DNA of 58,993 nucleotides, filler included, from Sphacelaria rigidula (lineage: Eukaryota), in assembly GCA_964200075.2 (NCBI GenBank). It is 7 parts of 7 records of this genome, joined end to end, with 100 filler letters (N's around TTAATTAATTAA, not from the genome) between each part and the next. Parts side by side here need not be neighbours in the genome. Positions count along the whole stretch, not along the records: positions 1 to 8,343 come from CAXNAA020011449.1; positions 8,444 to 16,785 come from CAXNAA020011450.1; 5 more parts are not named here. One strand, given 5' to 3'. The position numbers and the translations under genes are program-made. How positions within the stretch are numbered: position 1 is the first letter of the stretch; every line of letters starts with the position of its first letter. The notes below the pieces were generated by a model, which was given only the letters and a program-made list of their open reading frames with translations, had not been told where the DNA came from and searched no databases. This document shows, one piece after another, positions 1-12,769 of this stretch.

Positions 1-2696
1 CGAACAACCGTTGCTGCTTTCAACGACAATCTGGCTCAAACTTTCGAGCAACAAATGGCCCAAAATACACCCCCCCTATCGCAGGATGACTCACCAGGCG
101 AATACATCGCTGATTCAGGATTTCTTGAGGTATCGAATCTACAGCCTCTCCAGGCGTGTTGTATACCCTGTACTTTCCCCACAAGGGAATTGCAGGGTAT
201 ACGATCTTCTGCTGGCCGGACTTCGTGATGAGGAACAGCTCGTTCATCTGATTGAACGTCCAACGCTGCGACCGAAATCAACGGTGGACAAGGTAGAGAC
301 GGCCGACGGCAACCAACATGAGGAAGTCAGTTCGGGATACGGAGGAGGGGCGGCGGTTGGAATCAGCGCTCAGACCGGGGTCTCAAAACCACGATGTGTA
401 GTTGTTCCCGGAACCACATGTCCCCCGGGCATCGCGATGTGGACGCGCCCATAAATGGACCCGAAACAAGCTGTTTTACACGATGTGCGGTAAAGCGGGA
501 GGGAAAGAAATTCGATACCACGCAGTAAAAACAACACTACATCTCCAGGGGTGCACGAAGAAAACAAAAAAGCGCACCTATGTCCCAGTTTTTTATTTGG
601 ACCTCTCAGGGGGGTAGGGGGGGGGCGTACTCGTTTGTTGCTTGCCTTAGTCATTTGACCATTGACCACGCATCTTTTTCGAGACGGAGCACCAATCCTA
701 CTCCAAATAGACACACCTCCAACATTTTTGCGCTCGTTACGTTTCTTCAGCAGCTCACTACGATTTTTCCATACATTACACAAAAACCTTTGACATATCT
801 TATCCCCGTTCTGTTTCGCCGTCTCTGGCCACGATTTATCTCCTAGTATAGATATCGTCTTCTCCCCACTGTCTAATGCATCAAACGATGGTATACCACA
901 TTCGTTCACGTCCCGGATTTCCCCCGCTAGCACGTCCCGTTCCGTCCCGTTCGGGTAGGGGGGGAGGGGTTCATAGGTGTGCGGTTTGTTTTTCTCTCGT
1001 GCACCCCCGACATCCCTTTAAATCATGAGACACTCGCGTACATATCAGGACGCAAACGGCGGTAAAAGGTGAGGGAAAAGAGGACTACGGGGTCACAGTG
1101 TCTTTATTGCCCCGCATGCAGCGCTGTTCTCACCTCTAGCTTGTAACCGAAAGTCCGTGAAGCACCCGCCAAGATCTTTTCGATCGTGTCTCCCGGACCC
1201 CGAACCAGCAATCCTCCCGGCGTAGTTTAATGCGTGAGAGGACCGCGTGCTTAGAGGACCGCGCTGTAGTTTGAAATACCTCAGGATCGACATTTCTCGA
1301 AACTAATCGGGTCAGTCCCTGCAGGTACCATGCCCCTGACCCTAACTCCAACATTAACCATAACCCCACCCCTGATCATAAGGGTGTTCAAATTCCGATG
1401 CGGTCCTCTAAGCACGCGGTCCTCTCACGCATTACAGTAGTGTCCGTGGGCAGCGCAGATGGGAGCAGTGTCGGGCCCACGTACACCTCGCCGCTGATAT
1501 CATACTGCCGGCAAAGGTGACACATGAGCACACGCGAGTTTGGGGTCATTGGTGTAAGCTACATCTGGCACATCAGATATAAGTCGCGAGAAATCGAATC
1601 CGATCCGGTACCTACACGTCGGCCAAAGACGCGGACTAAGGACTGCGATACCTCGAGCAAGGATTTTTTTTCTTTCATTTTTTTTCACTGGTTTAGGGCG
1701 TTCTACTATGTTAAAGACCAGTTCTCCACGAGAACGCCCTAACCTCTACGAAAGAAAAACATGAAGGCCCACTTTTGTTTTCTTTCGGCACCTTTTTGTG
1801 GTTCTACACACCAAAATTCGTCGCAATCCGCTAAATGCATCGATCGGGAGTTTCATAGAGATTCTAGTATTGGCGCTATCTCCCTTAGGTATAGGAATTA
1901 CTAGATATGGGGTTTAATGAACGAGAAAATATGGGCTCAAACGTTTGAGCAGATGGGCACCTTCCCCTTGATCAGACCATCGATACGATATGCGGATCAC
2001 GGCCCAACTCGTCTGTGTCGAGGAGATATTGCTTCTAGAGCTTAAATTTGTTTTAGGCTGGCCCAGCTCGTACAACAGCAGGGTCGGCGGTTGGGCTCGG
2101 GATTGATTCAGTCATATATCCCGCAACGTTTGCGGTTGACCGTTTTACGATATCCTCCGACCTACTCGAGCACGCCACTCAGGCCGCTTCTTACGAGCTC
2201 GGCCAGCCTAGAGGCGGGGTTGAAGTTTGCAGGCCCATGCTCCCACCAATATCTAGAAGAGTTGGACCCTGAAATTTGGTATTTACAATGAATAGGGCAT
2301 GAACAGAAAAATGACCCCGGTACCACAAGTTGTTTTTTTCCATGAGTTGAAGGAATTTTACTGATACCTAAAAACTGAATATTGCTCTGGATACTTGAAA
2401 AAAAAAAACTCTTTTGGCACCGAGGTAATTTTGTTCATGCCCCATTCGTTGTGCATACCAAATTTCAGGGTCCAACTCTAAATATTGGCGGGAGCATGGG
2501 CCTTCAAAAAACAGGGTCGGTCAAAATTTGGAACAGTATTCCGAAGGCCACTCACCGGCCGACGTTGTATTGAAATATTGCGTGGGCGCTCTCCGAGGCA
2601 AAATCAACAGAAGAAAGCAGGTCAGTTTTTTTCACTATTTTTTCACTGGTTTAGGGCGCTCTAGTATGGTGAAGAGCATTTCTTCACGAGGACAAT
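1..2696 (+). repeat. Left arm of a large inverted repeat (partner 5782-8343)
   Basis: Position i pairs with 8344-i over the outer ~2.2 kb, and the ORF track is mirrored exactly. The inner ~0.6 kb has a few SNPs and indels. Confidence 0.95.
1228..1434. mobile_element. MITE with 35-bp perfect terminal inverted repeats; mirror copy at 6910-7116
   Basis: TAATGCGTGAGAGGACCGCGTGCTTAGAGGACCGC at 1228-1262 and its exact reverse complement at 1400-1434. The interior has CCTAAC-like units. Confidence 0.75.
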
Positions 2697-2770
2697 CTAA
2701 CCTCTACGAAAAAACCTTGAAAAATAAAGGCCCACATGTTTTTTATTCGCAACGCTTTTATGGTTCTCCG
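1680..2770 (+). mobile_element. Two partial copies of a TA-flanked non-autonomous DNA transposon family (terminus TACGAGCTGGGCCAGCC): right end ~1680-2072, left end 2192-~2770
   Basis: Terminal motif at 2056-2072 (reverse) and 2192-2208. Internal ~75-bp inverted repeat (~2230-2305 vs ~2430-2503). Colinear with the copy at 25328-26116. Confidence 0.7.
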
Positions 2771-5700
2771 TGCAAAGTTTCAAATCACAGTTCCAAAAAT
2801 TGAGCCAAAACATCGAGACAAGGCCTAAGAGCAACGTTCGTTTCTCCCCGAAATTCCACTAAAAAAACGAAAAAGATGAAAAAATGAAGGTGTAAAGCTC
2901 TTTTGAATTTTACCATACCTGAAGTCATCGGGACAGAGCGGGCAAGGAGCAGAGGCAGATATTTTACGAACCCCGCAAAGCCCACCAGACTTTTCGAATC
3001 CCTCCAGAGATATTTTACAAACCCCATATGAGGGGAAAGGTGATGGGTTGGGGAGGGGAAAGGTGATGGGTTGGGGCAGCGCCTAATTCCTTTGCCTCGA
3101 GACGAAACAGCCAATACCCCATGAAGGTTTCAAGGGTGTGTACTGCGTGCCGACAATATTTTCAGCAAACCAGGCATTCCTAGCGGAGATCAAACCGTCT
3201 CCACAAAGGCCTGAAGACGCCACAGCGCGGCTACATCTACAACACACAAGACAGACCATGAGTGTGTTTGTGCTGCAGCACAGTCATACAGAGCACGCCC
3301 CATTCGATAGTCTTTGCCCTGATTTCAGGTGGGTCCTCGATTTTTGCCCAGCGGCGATTTTCAAACGCTCGGCCATAATAGCGATTCCCGGCAAAAATAT
3401 TTTAGTTCACTTTGAGTCACCCCTATCTGTGGGAGGTGAGCAACTTTTTCAGGGTTTTGTTTTTGTCTGTTAAAAGGAGCGGCCTCACCAGAGACCCGAA
3501 ACAGTACAGGCAGACCCTGCTATACCGCTTAACAGGGGCGGGGTAGTTTGTTTTCACGAATCACGTTTGTCGTCTCGAATGAAATACCGGAAGAAGTCTG
3601 AAGGAAGCCGATTCGGAAGACAACTACAAGAACTTCAAATCAAAGGTCAAGACTGTGCAAGCCCGCTCCAGCGAGTGTGCATCCAGCAACCGGAGCAAGG
3701 CTGGTTCCTAATCACCTCCGTAAACTCCTCTGCATTCGCATCCGCTAGCTGTGACTTTCCACCTTGAGGGAACGACTGTGAGGTGTGGTATAGGTGAGGT
3801 GAAGGAGAGGCGGGGTGGGTGATGTCCGGTTATCCGTTTTTTTTCGTCTCGCGGAAGCAGCTGCACCTAAGGTATCCTCAAGCTCTACTTTTCAGGGGCG
3901 ATGTGCAGGTACGCCACCGAACGAGCAGGTGTACCCGAGTTCACCGGTACGTTAATATACACGACAACACGGACGAGACAAGCTGTTGTTTCAACTGTGT
4001 CGTGCATACTGTTGCCTTCAGTCCCCGTCATGAGGAACATTGCCGAGGAACCTCGGGTATGCAACCTGCCAAAATACAATCCATGTATGTAGGATGATGT
4101 TGAAACAACATTTGCGCCACGAAGTGAACACAACAAAACTACAGATTTGAACCCGAACTTGCATTGTCCATCCGTGATGAGTGTTTTGGCGTTTATATGC
4201 CCCTACGTATGTGCAAATCATCAAGGGAGTTTCGATTCGATGCTGTACATATGTCCGTATGCCTGTGACCAGTACTCGATAGTGCAACCTCAGAGTTTTG
4301 TGCGCATCGTAGTACTGGCTTGCGCTAGTGATCGCTTCGACTCAGAACTCGTGTCCGCCCCTCTGCCGCCAGTACCCCCTTCGCCACTCTTCTTTCCATC
4401 CGCTTCACCAACAACAGCAGGCTTCACCCGCCACCATGCCCTTGACTAAAACCGGCTGGTCTCTGCCCTCACGCGTCTCGCGGAACACTCCACCCCTTGA
4501 GGCGATCGACAACGTACCCAACAGAAAATCCGAAGATCGTACGAAAAAAGAAACAGTCGGAGCAGTTATGACTGCAGAGAAGTTTACGAAGGTGGGTTAA
4601 AACGTAAAAAAACTGGCTCAAAACCCTTGGGTAGTTGGTAGCTATAGTTGAACCGAATGTTGACAGAGTACACGCCAAACCATAATGCATGGTACACAAT
4701 AATCACCGCCCGCACATGCGTGCCGATGCGCCTATTTCGACACTGCATATCTCAGGAATCGCGGCGGCTGTCGGGCGAGGCAAGCTTCCGACCGCGAGCG
4801 AACTAGACAGATTACGAATAAGGGGAAGGTGAGGGTATCTAACGTATCTCAATGCTCCATGAAATGTGCACACCAAAAATCGTCGTCACCCGCTGAATGT
4901 ACCGATCGGAGGTTTCATATAGATTTTTGTCATGTGACGAGGATTTGTAATCTTCCCATCCCAAACTGGCGGGGGTCGGCAAGCACAGATTCTTGCGAAC
5001 AAATTTTTGCTCCGCGCTCAATCTTGAACCTCGGAGCCAAGCAAATCTGAAAAGCAGACGAGGCTCCTCTCTGTGGGTGATGCAACGTGTCCAAGACGTG
5101 TGTTGGCGGTTTTCTTGGCTTGAGGGTCACAAGGTGGGTCAAACGTCCCTGAAGCGAACAATCCGTCGGCCAAAAATCTGCCCACATTGTACAGATATAC
5201 CCTGAGGGTGTAGGTATACTTGCAAAAGGTGTATCCACCTATATAGGTGGATCCTCATTTCCACCGTGACCGTTTATCATGACCGATCCTGCATTGTTTT
5301 TAATTCAGGAGCCCACATTTTTTTAATCAGCTGCCCGTTACCAATTTTTCAAACAAAATGAAGCCTTCACGCGTAGTACCGGAGTGCAGGCAATAGTACA
5401 CAGCAGTAACACACACAGTGAACAAAGTGAAGCTTTCACGTGTAGTACCGTAGTGCAGGTAGTAGTTAATAGTCATATCCTCTGCATCTGCATCCACTGC
5501 CATGGACGTGCATCTGCATGTTACCTCGAACCCTACAGTGAAGACGGTATAGTACTGTACTGTATTGGCAAAGCACAGCTGCCTACTGTGCTCGCGAGTA
5601 CAGCCCGTGCTCGCAACCTGGCAGAGTACAGCCTAAACTCGGACATGGAGTAGTGCAAGATAGCAAGTACAGGCTACAGCTGTGCCGTGTTTGCGAAGCA

Positions 5701-5781
5701 TAGCCTATACTTGTAATGTCGTACTGTTCGCAAAATCCACGGCCTGTATTGTGAATACTCTTGCCTGCTGCAATGCACTGC

Positions 5782-8343
5782 ATTGTCCTCGTCAAGAAAT
5801 GGTCTCCACCATACTAGAGCGCCCTAAACCAGTGAAAAAAACTGACCTGCTTTCTTCTGTTGATTTTGCCTTGGAGAGCGCCCACGCAAAATTTCAATAC
5901 AACGTCGGTCGGTGAGTGGCCTTCGGAATACTGTTCCGAATTTTGACCGACCCTGTTTTTTGAAGGCCCATGCTCCCGCCAATATTTAGAGTTGTACCCT
6001 GAAATTTGGTATGCACAACGAATGGGGCATGAACAAAATTACCTCGGTGCCCTATTCATTGTAAATACCAAATTTCAGGGTCCAACTCTAGATATTGGTG
6101 GGAGCATGGGCCTGCAAACTTCAACCCCGCCTCTAGGCTGGCCGAGCTCGTAAGAAGCGGCCTGAGTGGCGTGCTCGAGTAGGTCGGAGGATATCGTAAA
6201 ACGGTCAACCGCAAACGTTGCGGGATATATGACTGAATCAATCCCGAGCCCAACCGCCGACCCTGCTGCTGTACGAGCTGGGCCAGCCTAAAACGAATTT
6301 AAGCTCTAGAAGCAATATCTCCTCGACACAGACGAGTTGGGCCGTGATCCGCATATCGTATCGATGGTCTGATCAAGGGGAAGGTGCCCATCTGCTCAAA
6401 CGTTTGAGCCCATATTTTCTCGTTCATTAAACCCCATATCTAGTAATTCCTATACCTAAGGGAGATAGCGCCAATACTAGAATCTCTATGAAACTCCCGA
6501 TCGATGCATTTAGCGGATTGCGACGAATTTTGGTGTGTAGAACCACAAAAAGGTGCCGAAAGAAAACAAAAGTGGGCCTTCATGTTTTTCTTTCGTAGAG
6601 GTTAGGGCGTTCTCGTGGAGAACTGGTCTTTAACATAGTAGAACGCCCTAAACCAGTGAAAAAAAATGAAAGAAAAAAAATCCTTGCTCGAGGTATCGCA
6701 GTCCTTAGTCCGCGTCTTTGGCCGACGTGTAGGTACCGGATCGGATTCGATTTCTCGCGACTTATATCTGATGTGCCAGATGTAGCTTACACCAATGACC
6801 CCAAACTCGCGTGTGCTCATGTGTCACCTTTGCCGGCAGTATGATATCAGCGGCGAGGTGTACGTGGGCCCGACACTGCTCCCATCTGCGCTGCCCACGG
6901 ACACTACTGTAATGCGTGAGAGGACCGCGTGCTTAGAGGACCGCATCGGAATTTGAACACCCTTATGATCAGGGGTGGGGTTATGGTTAATGTTGGAGTT
7001 AGGGTCAGGGGCATGGTACCTGCAGGGACTGACCCGATTAGTTTCGAGAAATGTCGATCCTGAGGTATTTCAAACTACAGCGCGGTCCTCTAAGCACGCG
7101 GTCCTCTCACGCATTAAACTACGCCGGGAGGATTGCTGGTTCGGGGTCCGGGAGACACGATCGAAAAGATCTTGGCGGGTGCTTCACGGACTTTCGGTTA
7201 CAAGCTAGAGGTGAGAACAGCGCTGCATGCGGGGCAATAAAGACACTGTGACCCCGTAGTCCTCTTTTCCCTCACCTTTTACCGCCGTTTGCGTCCTGAT
7301 ATGTACGCGAGTGTCTCATGATTTAAAGGGATGTCGGGGGTGCACGAGAGAAAAACAAACCGCACACCTATGAACCCCTCCCCCCCTACCCGAACGGGAC
7401 GGAACGGGACGTGCTAGCGGGGGAAATCCGGGACGTGAACGAATGTGGTATACCATCGTTTGATGCATTAGACAGTGGGGAGAAGACGATATCTATACTA
7501 GGAGATAAATCGTGGCCAGAGACGGCGAAACAGAACGGGGATAAGATATGTCAAAGGTTTTTGTGTAATGTATGGAAAAATCGTAGTGAGCTGCTGAAGA
7601 AACGTAACGAGCGCAAAAATGTTGGAGGTGTGTCTATTTGGAGTAGGATTGGTGCTCCGTCTCGAAAAAGATGCGTGGTCAATGGTCAAATGACTAAGGC
7701 AAGCAACAAACGAGTACGCCCCCCCCCTACCCCCCTGAGAGGTCCAAATAAAAAACTGGGACATAGGTGCGCTTTTTTGTTTTCTTCGTGCACCCCTGGA
7801 GATGTAGTGTTGTTTTTACTGCGTGGTATCGAATTTCTTTCCCTCCCGCTTTACCGCACATCGTGTAAAACAGCTTGTTTCGGGTCCATTTATGGGCGCG
7901 TCCACATCGCGATGCCCGGGGGACATGTGGTTCCGGGAACAACTACACATCGTGGTTTTGAGACCCCGGTCTGAGCGCTGATTCCAACCGCCGCCCCTCC
8001 TCCGTATCCCGAACTGACTTCCTCATGTTGGTTGCCGTCGGCCGTCTCTACCTTGTCCACCGTTGATTTCGGTCGCAGCGTTGGACGTTCAATCAGATGA
8101 ACGAGCTGTTCCTCATCACGAAGTCCGGCCAGCAGAAGATCGTATACCCTGCAATTCCCTTGTGGGGAAAGTACAGGGTATACAACACGCCTGGAGAGGC
8201 TGTAGATTCGATACCTCAAGAAATCCTGAATCAGCGATGTATTCGCCTGGTGAGTCATCCTGCGATAGGGGGGGTGTATTTTGGGCCATTTGTTGCTCGA
8301 AAGTTTGAGCCAGATTGTCGTTGAAAGCAGCAACGGTTGTTCG
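5782..8343 (-). repeat. Right arm of the large inverted repeat (partner 1-2696); lacks the equivalent of ~2300-2419
   Basis: Reverse complement of the left arm. The deletion junction is AATAGGGCA/CCGAGG with GGCA microhomology. Confidence 0.95.
7392..7720 (+). mobile_element. 5'-truncated non-LTR retrotransposon (LINE-like) 3' fragment with 12-bp TSD; mirror copy at 624-952 (-)
   Basis: The direct repeat CCCCCCCTACCC flanks it (7380-7391 and 7721-7732). It has an ORF-like remnant (ILGDKSWP..ICQRFLCNVWKNR). Related copies lie at ~12770-12975 and 42009-42052. Confidence 0.65.
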
Positions 8344-8443
8344 NNNNNNNNNNNNNNNNNNNNNNNNNNNNNNNNNNNNNNNNNNNNTTAATTAATTAAN
8401 NNNNNNNNNNNNNNNNNNNNNNNNNNNNNNNNNNNNNNNNNNN
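8344..8443. other. Artificial contig linker (N-run, TTAATTAATTAA, N-run); same linker at 16786-16885, 25228-25327, 33670-33769, 42112-42211, 50553-50652
   Basis: The same 100-nt spacer, with stops in all six frames, occurs six times. The flanking contigs decrease monotonically in length (8343 to 8341 bp). Confidence 0.97.
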
Positions 8444-8509
8444 TGAGGTTTTCTCTCCTTGAGGTCCTTTTTTGACCATAGGTTTTCTCTCCTCTTTTTC
8501 TTCAAAGAA

Positions 8510-8583
8510 AGTGCGTCCGCCGGGAATCGAACCAGCGACTAACTTTTGTGAAGGTTTAAGAGACTACCAACTAGACTACTGAC
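8510..8583 (-). mobile_element. tRNA-derived SINE-like head (Pol III A and B boxes); not a functional tRNA
   Basis: The minus strand reads TAGTCTAGTTGGTA ... GGTTCGATTCCCGGCGGAC. The anticodon arm is not canonical. Confidence 0.55.
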
Positions 8584-8887
8584 AAATCAGCGCTGACTCA
8601 TTAGTAGTCTAGTTGGTAGTCTCTTACACCGTCACAGGTTTCTTCCAACTTCGACTTGAACTCTACAGGCAGGTTCTCAAAGATCGCCTGTTGACGTAAA
8701 TTGATATTAGCGCCGGCCGCACACAGCGCGCTGACTACGTGATGAACTATGGCTGAGTCAACCCGCGAGGGCGCACACTAGCTCGTCGATCGAACGAATG
8801 TGTGCAACAACTACAGAAAGTACAACAACAGACGCAGTGTCTTTACTGCTTGCAGCCCGCAGCACGATTCTTCTCTCCCAAGACCAG

Positions 8888-9330
8888 TACGAGCTGGGCC
8901 AGCTTAAAAGCGGCTGAAAGTTGCTCACACCACACCTTTTTCCCAGTTTCCCGAATGAACCCGATGTAAGCATATCACTGTGAAGTGTTGACCAACCTGG
9001 TAACACACGGGACCGCCGCTGAATGGGAAAAAAATGAAAAAAATGTACTGCAACATGTATGACCTTAACGAAGGACGGAAACAAAAAGAGAATATGACAG
9101 GATTCGAACTCGGGACCTCCTCATTCGGGGTCGACGATAGCTTGATTTACACTTAAGTCTTTTGTTTGCATCGCGTTTTTTTGTGAATTTTCAATCTGGG
9201 TCGATTTTGTTTCTTTTGGGGGTTTTTTGCAAGGCTGTGACCACGGAAGGCGTCCGCATCAGATTTAGATGCCAAGTACGAATGTACTGCGCAGATATCG
9301 GAAAGACAGCAACAAAAACAATACGGGTGC
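8888..9330. mobile_element. Fragment of TACGAGCTGGGCC-ended MITE with a tRNA-like B box, plus a dispersed repeat shared with ~49030-49097
   Basis: TACGAGCTGGGCCAGC at 8888 and GGATTCGAACTCG at ~9100. Segment ~9233-9305 matches the reverse complement of ~49035-49097. Confidence 0.45.
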
Positions 9331-11545
9331 AGCAGCGTCACGGAAAATCTTGAACGCATGGCCCAATTCGACGACTCTTGAGCTGAAATTTCAGGTAGAC
9401 CTTCTGCACCCAAGGAACTGATACTTCACGTGAGCAGCTGGAGATTCTCCTTTTTTTTCCCGGACTTACGAATGACATCATCTTATTTTTGCTGAAATTT
9501 CAAATGCCCATAACTTCTTTTTTTTCTTTGCTGCTCACGTGATCTTCTGCGTTTCGATCATAATGAAAAACTGCTGTCAATATTTTAGCGTACAACCCCT
9601 AATATCGCGCCGTGCGTCGCCTGAGCGAGATTCACACCTACTCTTGGCTGGCTCAGCTCGTGGTAACCTGCAGTATTATCAGGTCAAGCAACAGGTGAGC
9701 AGCCACTCTTTATTGAAGCAACGACAGGAAAAGACACGGTCATATATGGGCTCTGCTTGCGATGCGGGTACTGTCCTGTCGTTGCTTCAACAAAGAGTGG
9801 CTGCTCCCCTGTTGCTTGACCTGCAAGTGCTGTAGGTTCCTACTGGTCTTGGATAAGAACAATCATGCTGCGGGCTACGAGCAGCGAAGACACCGTAGTA
9901 CTGTCTGTAGTCCCACACATTCGTAGTAGGTAGCAAGAAATCCCCGAGAAGAAGTCGGCATTGGTGTTCCCGGAGCAGCTCGAACCGCGGACACCAACAC
10001 ACCAGAAGGTGCAATAGGCACATAGAGGGGTGGGGGGGACAGCGGCCGATGTGTCGTGTCGGAATGAGTTGGTGATCTTCGCCAGTGCACAACCGCGATC
10101 TAGGTACTGTACGCCATGCGGTAACACAGCACCACACGTCGCTTACTGTCCACATTATTTGTAAGATCTTCGCTGATTCATTCTGTGTTGACTTGCGGCT
10201 CATGTCTTCCGACAGCGCACCAAAGATACGGCCGGGCTCGGAATAGATGATGTCGAGCAGGGTCTTCGTAAATTATGCTGGGATAGTTGATACGCCGTGA
10301 GACGAGATGGAACGCACTAAGAGCGCCTGAATGGTGCAAATTCCCTACAGGCTGCGACGTGGCTTTCTCGTGTGTTCTCTGTGCAAAGCATATGCCTACA
10401 TGAACCGGCAACAGTATGTACCGCATCCACTGCTACTACTACTGTTGTTGTTTCTATCATTAGACCGCCCGAAGGACTCCTGGCCACAGAAATGGAGGGA
10501 ACTACTCCATACAGCCTCACTTGCGGTAGAGATGCAGACGGCTGTTTACGCGTGGGTCTCCCCCTCAAGTGCGGAGATGAGCAAAGAGATGCGGCTACTG
10601 TACTAGCGGCACGGCATTGCTGCCCACGGCGGAGGGTAGCAGTGCGAGCCCAGCGCCTCTTCCGTGAAAATGTTCTGCGTACTTCTACTCGAGATGGGAC
10701 TGATGAAGGGACATCATGAAACTTTCACATAGGCACCGCAACAGTTCGTTGCAACAACTGGGGGTGTACAACCAACAATTTGTTCTTACCCGTGCGAAGT
10801 ACTGGTTAAAGCTCTAGAGGGGGAGGAGGAGGCCGATGCTCCCCAGGTTGGGAGTCCTTCTCCACCTTCCTGTGCCGGCGATGCTGAGAGAGATAGCGAA
10901 GAAGGGCGAAGAGCCGAGGTGCTACAAGTAAGTAATGAAGCTCGCAGGCCGGGTCAAGGTGTGTCGTCTGCTAGAAACGCGAGCATTTCATCAGACCCTG
11001 GGGTAACCAAGGTTTTTACCCCGCATCCCCTGCGATTTTTAGCCGCAGGCGTTTCAACCGTTTCTCCTCCTGCGGGAGTCCCGCTTCAAGGCGGCCGAAT
11101 TTGACTCGCACAACCATCCCCTCCCCCCCGAACTGTACCAGTACATGACTGCCGCTTACTCGAAGTGGTATATTCAGCAACAGTCGCCATCTATTGGTGG
11201 ACTGCTCTGTCCACTCTCAGGATATCCTCTTCTCAGTTGTCTACCTTTGTTGATGTAGAAATGGCGACAAAGAAACTTTTATTCTTCTGGACGGATGGCA
11301 GGTATTATTGTAAAAACATCATAGACACCCATGGAGTGGTTCCGCGGTAGGGGTGCACTTTCCAGTCCAAAACCTTTCTGAGGCTGCACACTAAGGCCCA
11401 GCTATTTATCATCGAGAGGCCCTTACAGCAAATAGCCTCAGAAAAAAGATGTTCGCCCCTACCGTGGCATTGCGCCTTACTCTGTGTAACCCTAGGATAG
11501 ATACAAGTAGCCTGGAGCACCACGGTTTGTTTGAGACAGGACGAA

Positions 11546-12485
11546 ACGGTGGATACCACCCCCGGGGACGGCTATTTGTCTACCCCTGTAGAGACCATGG
11601 GCCTCACCTCCACATGAGACATCATCAGCGCATTGCAAATGTTTCTATAAAGTCACACATGACACGCAGTAAATTTCCGACACTTGATGGGGTATAGTAA
11701 CTTGTGATATAAAATGGAGGGGATGTGCAAACGGGTCAACAATGTAGTAAAAAAGTGGAAGTAATGAGGACATGAACTAATAGATGATGTATGTATAATG
11801 ATGCAATGGATGGGATGGGATGGCTTTTTGGTTGTGTTGGTGGTTTTTGGACATACTGTAGAGAAGACACTATTAAAGGTACTGAATGTGCAAAAGAGGG
11901 GCAGGATTAGCACGCAAGGTGTTGTTGCACATTCAAACGGTTCAAATAATTTTCGAATGAATTGGTCAGGACCCGTCGGTCCAAGTTCCGAAACTTTACG
12001 TGGCGTACTTATTTCCATCCTCCGCTCTTCGTGGAGAGCCTCTACTGTTGCATACTAGAGATGAACGATTTTCGGACCGCTCACCACCTTGGATGAGATT
12101 TTAATGCCATTCAAGTAGGACTGTGAACTGGACCAGTTTATACCGTCATTAATCCTGGACCTGGAGATAAACTTGTACTGGCGACGAGGGTGCCGATTGT
12201 CCAGTTGATGTGAAGTTTGAGGCTACCTTCTATTTTTATACCAATTATATTATAGGGGAGTTCCACGCTTTTCCTGGCCACGTTTTTGAAATTTTCGAGT
12301 TCAATACATGAAGGAGCTCCTTAAGAGCCCAAAATTTGACAGGTGACGCGTAGTAGTAGTGTACAAACAAGATCGGTGAAGTCCGACTGATGTGGGGGTG
12401 CATAGCCATATGTCGGACAGCGCGTGAGCTACCACAGACCACAGGCGACAATAAAATAGCCGTCCCCGGGGGTGCTTTCTACCGT
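11546..12485. mobile_element. Non-autonomous TIR element (~940 bp)
   Basis: ACGGTGGATACCACCCCCGGGGACGGCTATTT at the left end; AAATAGCCGTCCCCGGGGGTGCTTTCTACCGT at the right end (21-bp perfect core). No recognisable coding interior. Confidence 0.7.
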
Positions 12486-12769
12486 GATTTTAGGGGTGGT
12501 ACCCAATGGTTCGGCCTATAACGTGCAAATGGCAATACGTTCGAGTGGCATGAGAGTTTTTTTAGATACTGGAAGCTGGACATAAATAAATACTTGAAAC
12601 ACTTCCTGATCCGGAGACTGAACGTACGCATCCCCTTACAAATCCATTGTCACCTGGATGGTCTCTCCCGGTTCGGCCTGTTACACACAGGTGGCAATGT
12701 ATCTAAATACATGAACACATCGATAGAACTTGTTAACAATGAAGTATTTTCCCCCGTCCCTCATTTCTC

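Noticed and set aside
2800-5780. A transposase or viral gene in the palindrome spacer that would make the contig a Polinton, Foldback or linear plasmid
   Set aside because: Only short stop-riddled frames. A faint CxC motif near 3720-3760 (minus) is not enough to call a domain.
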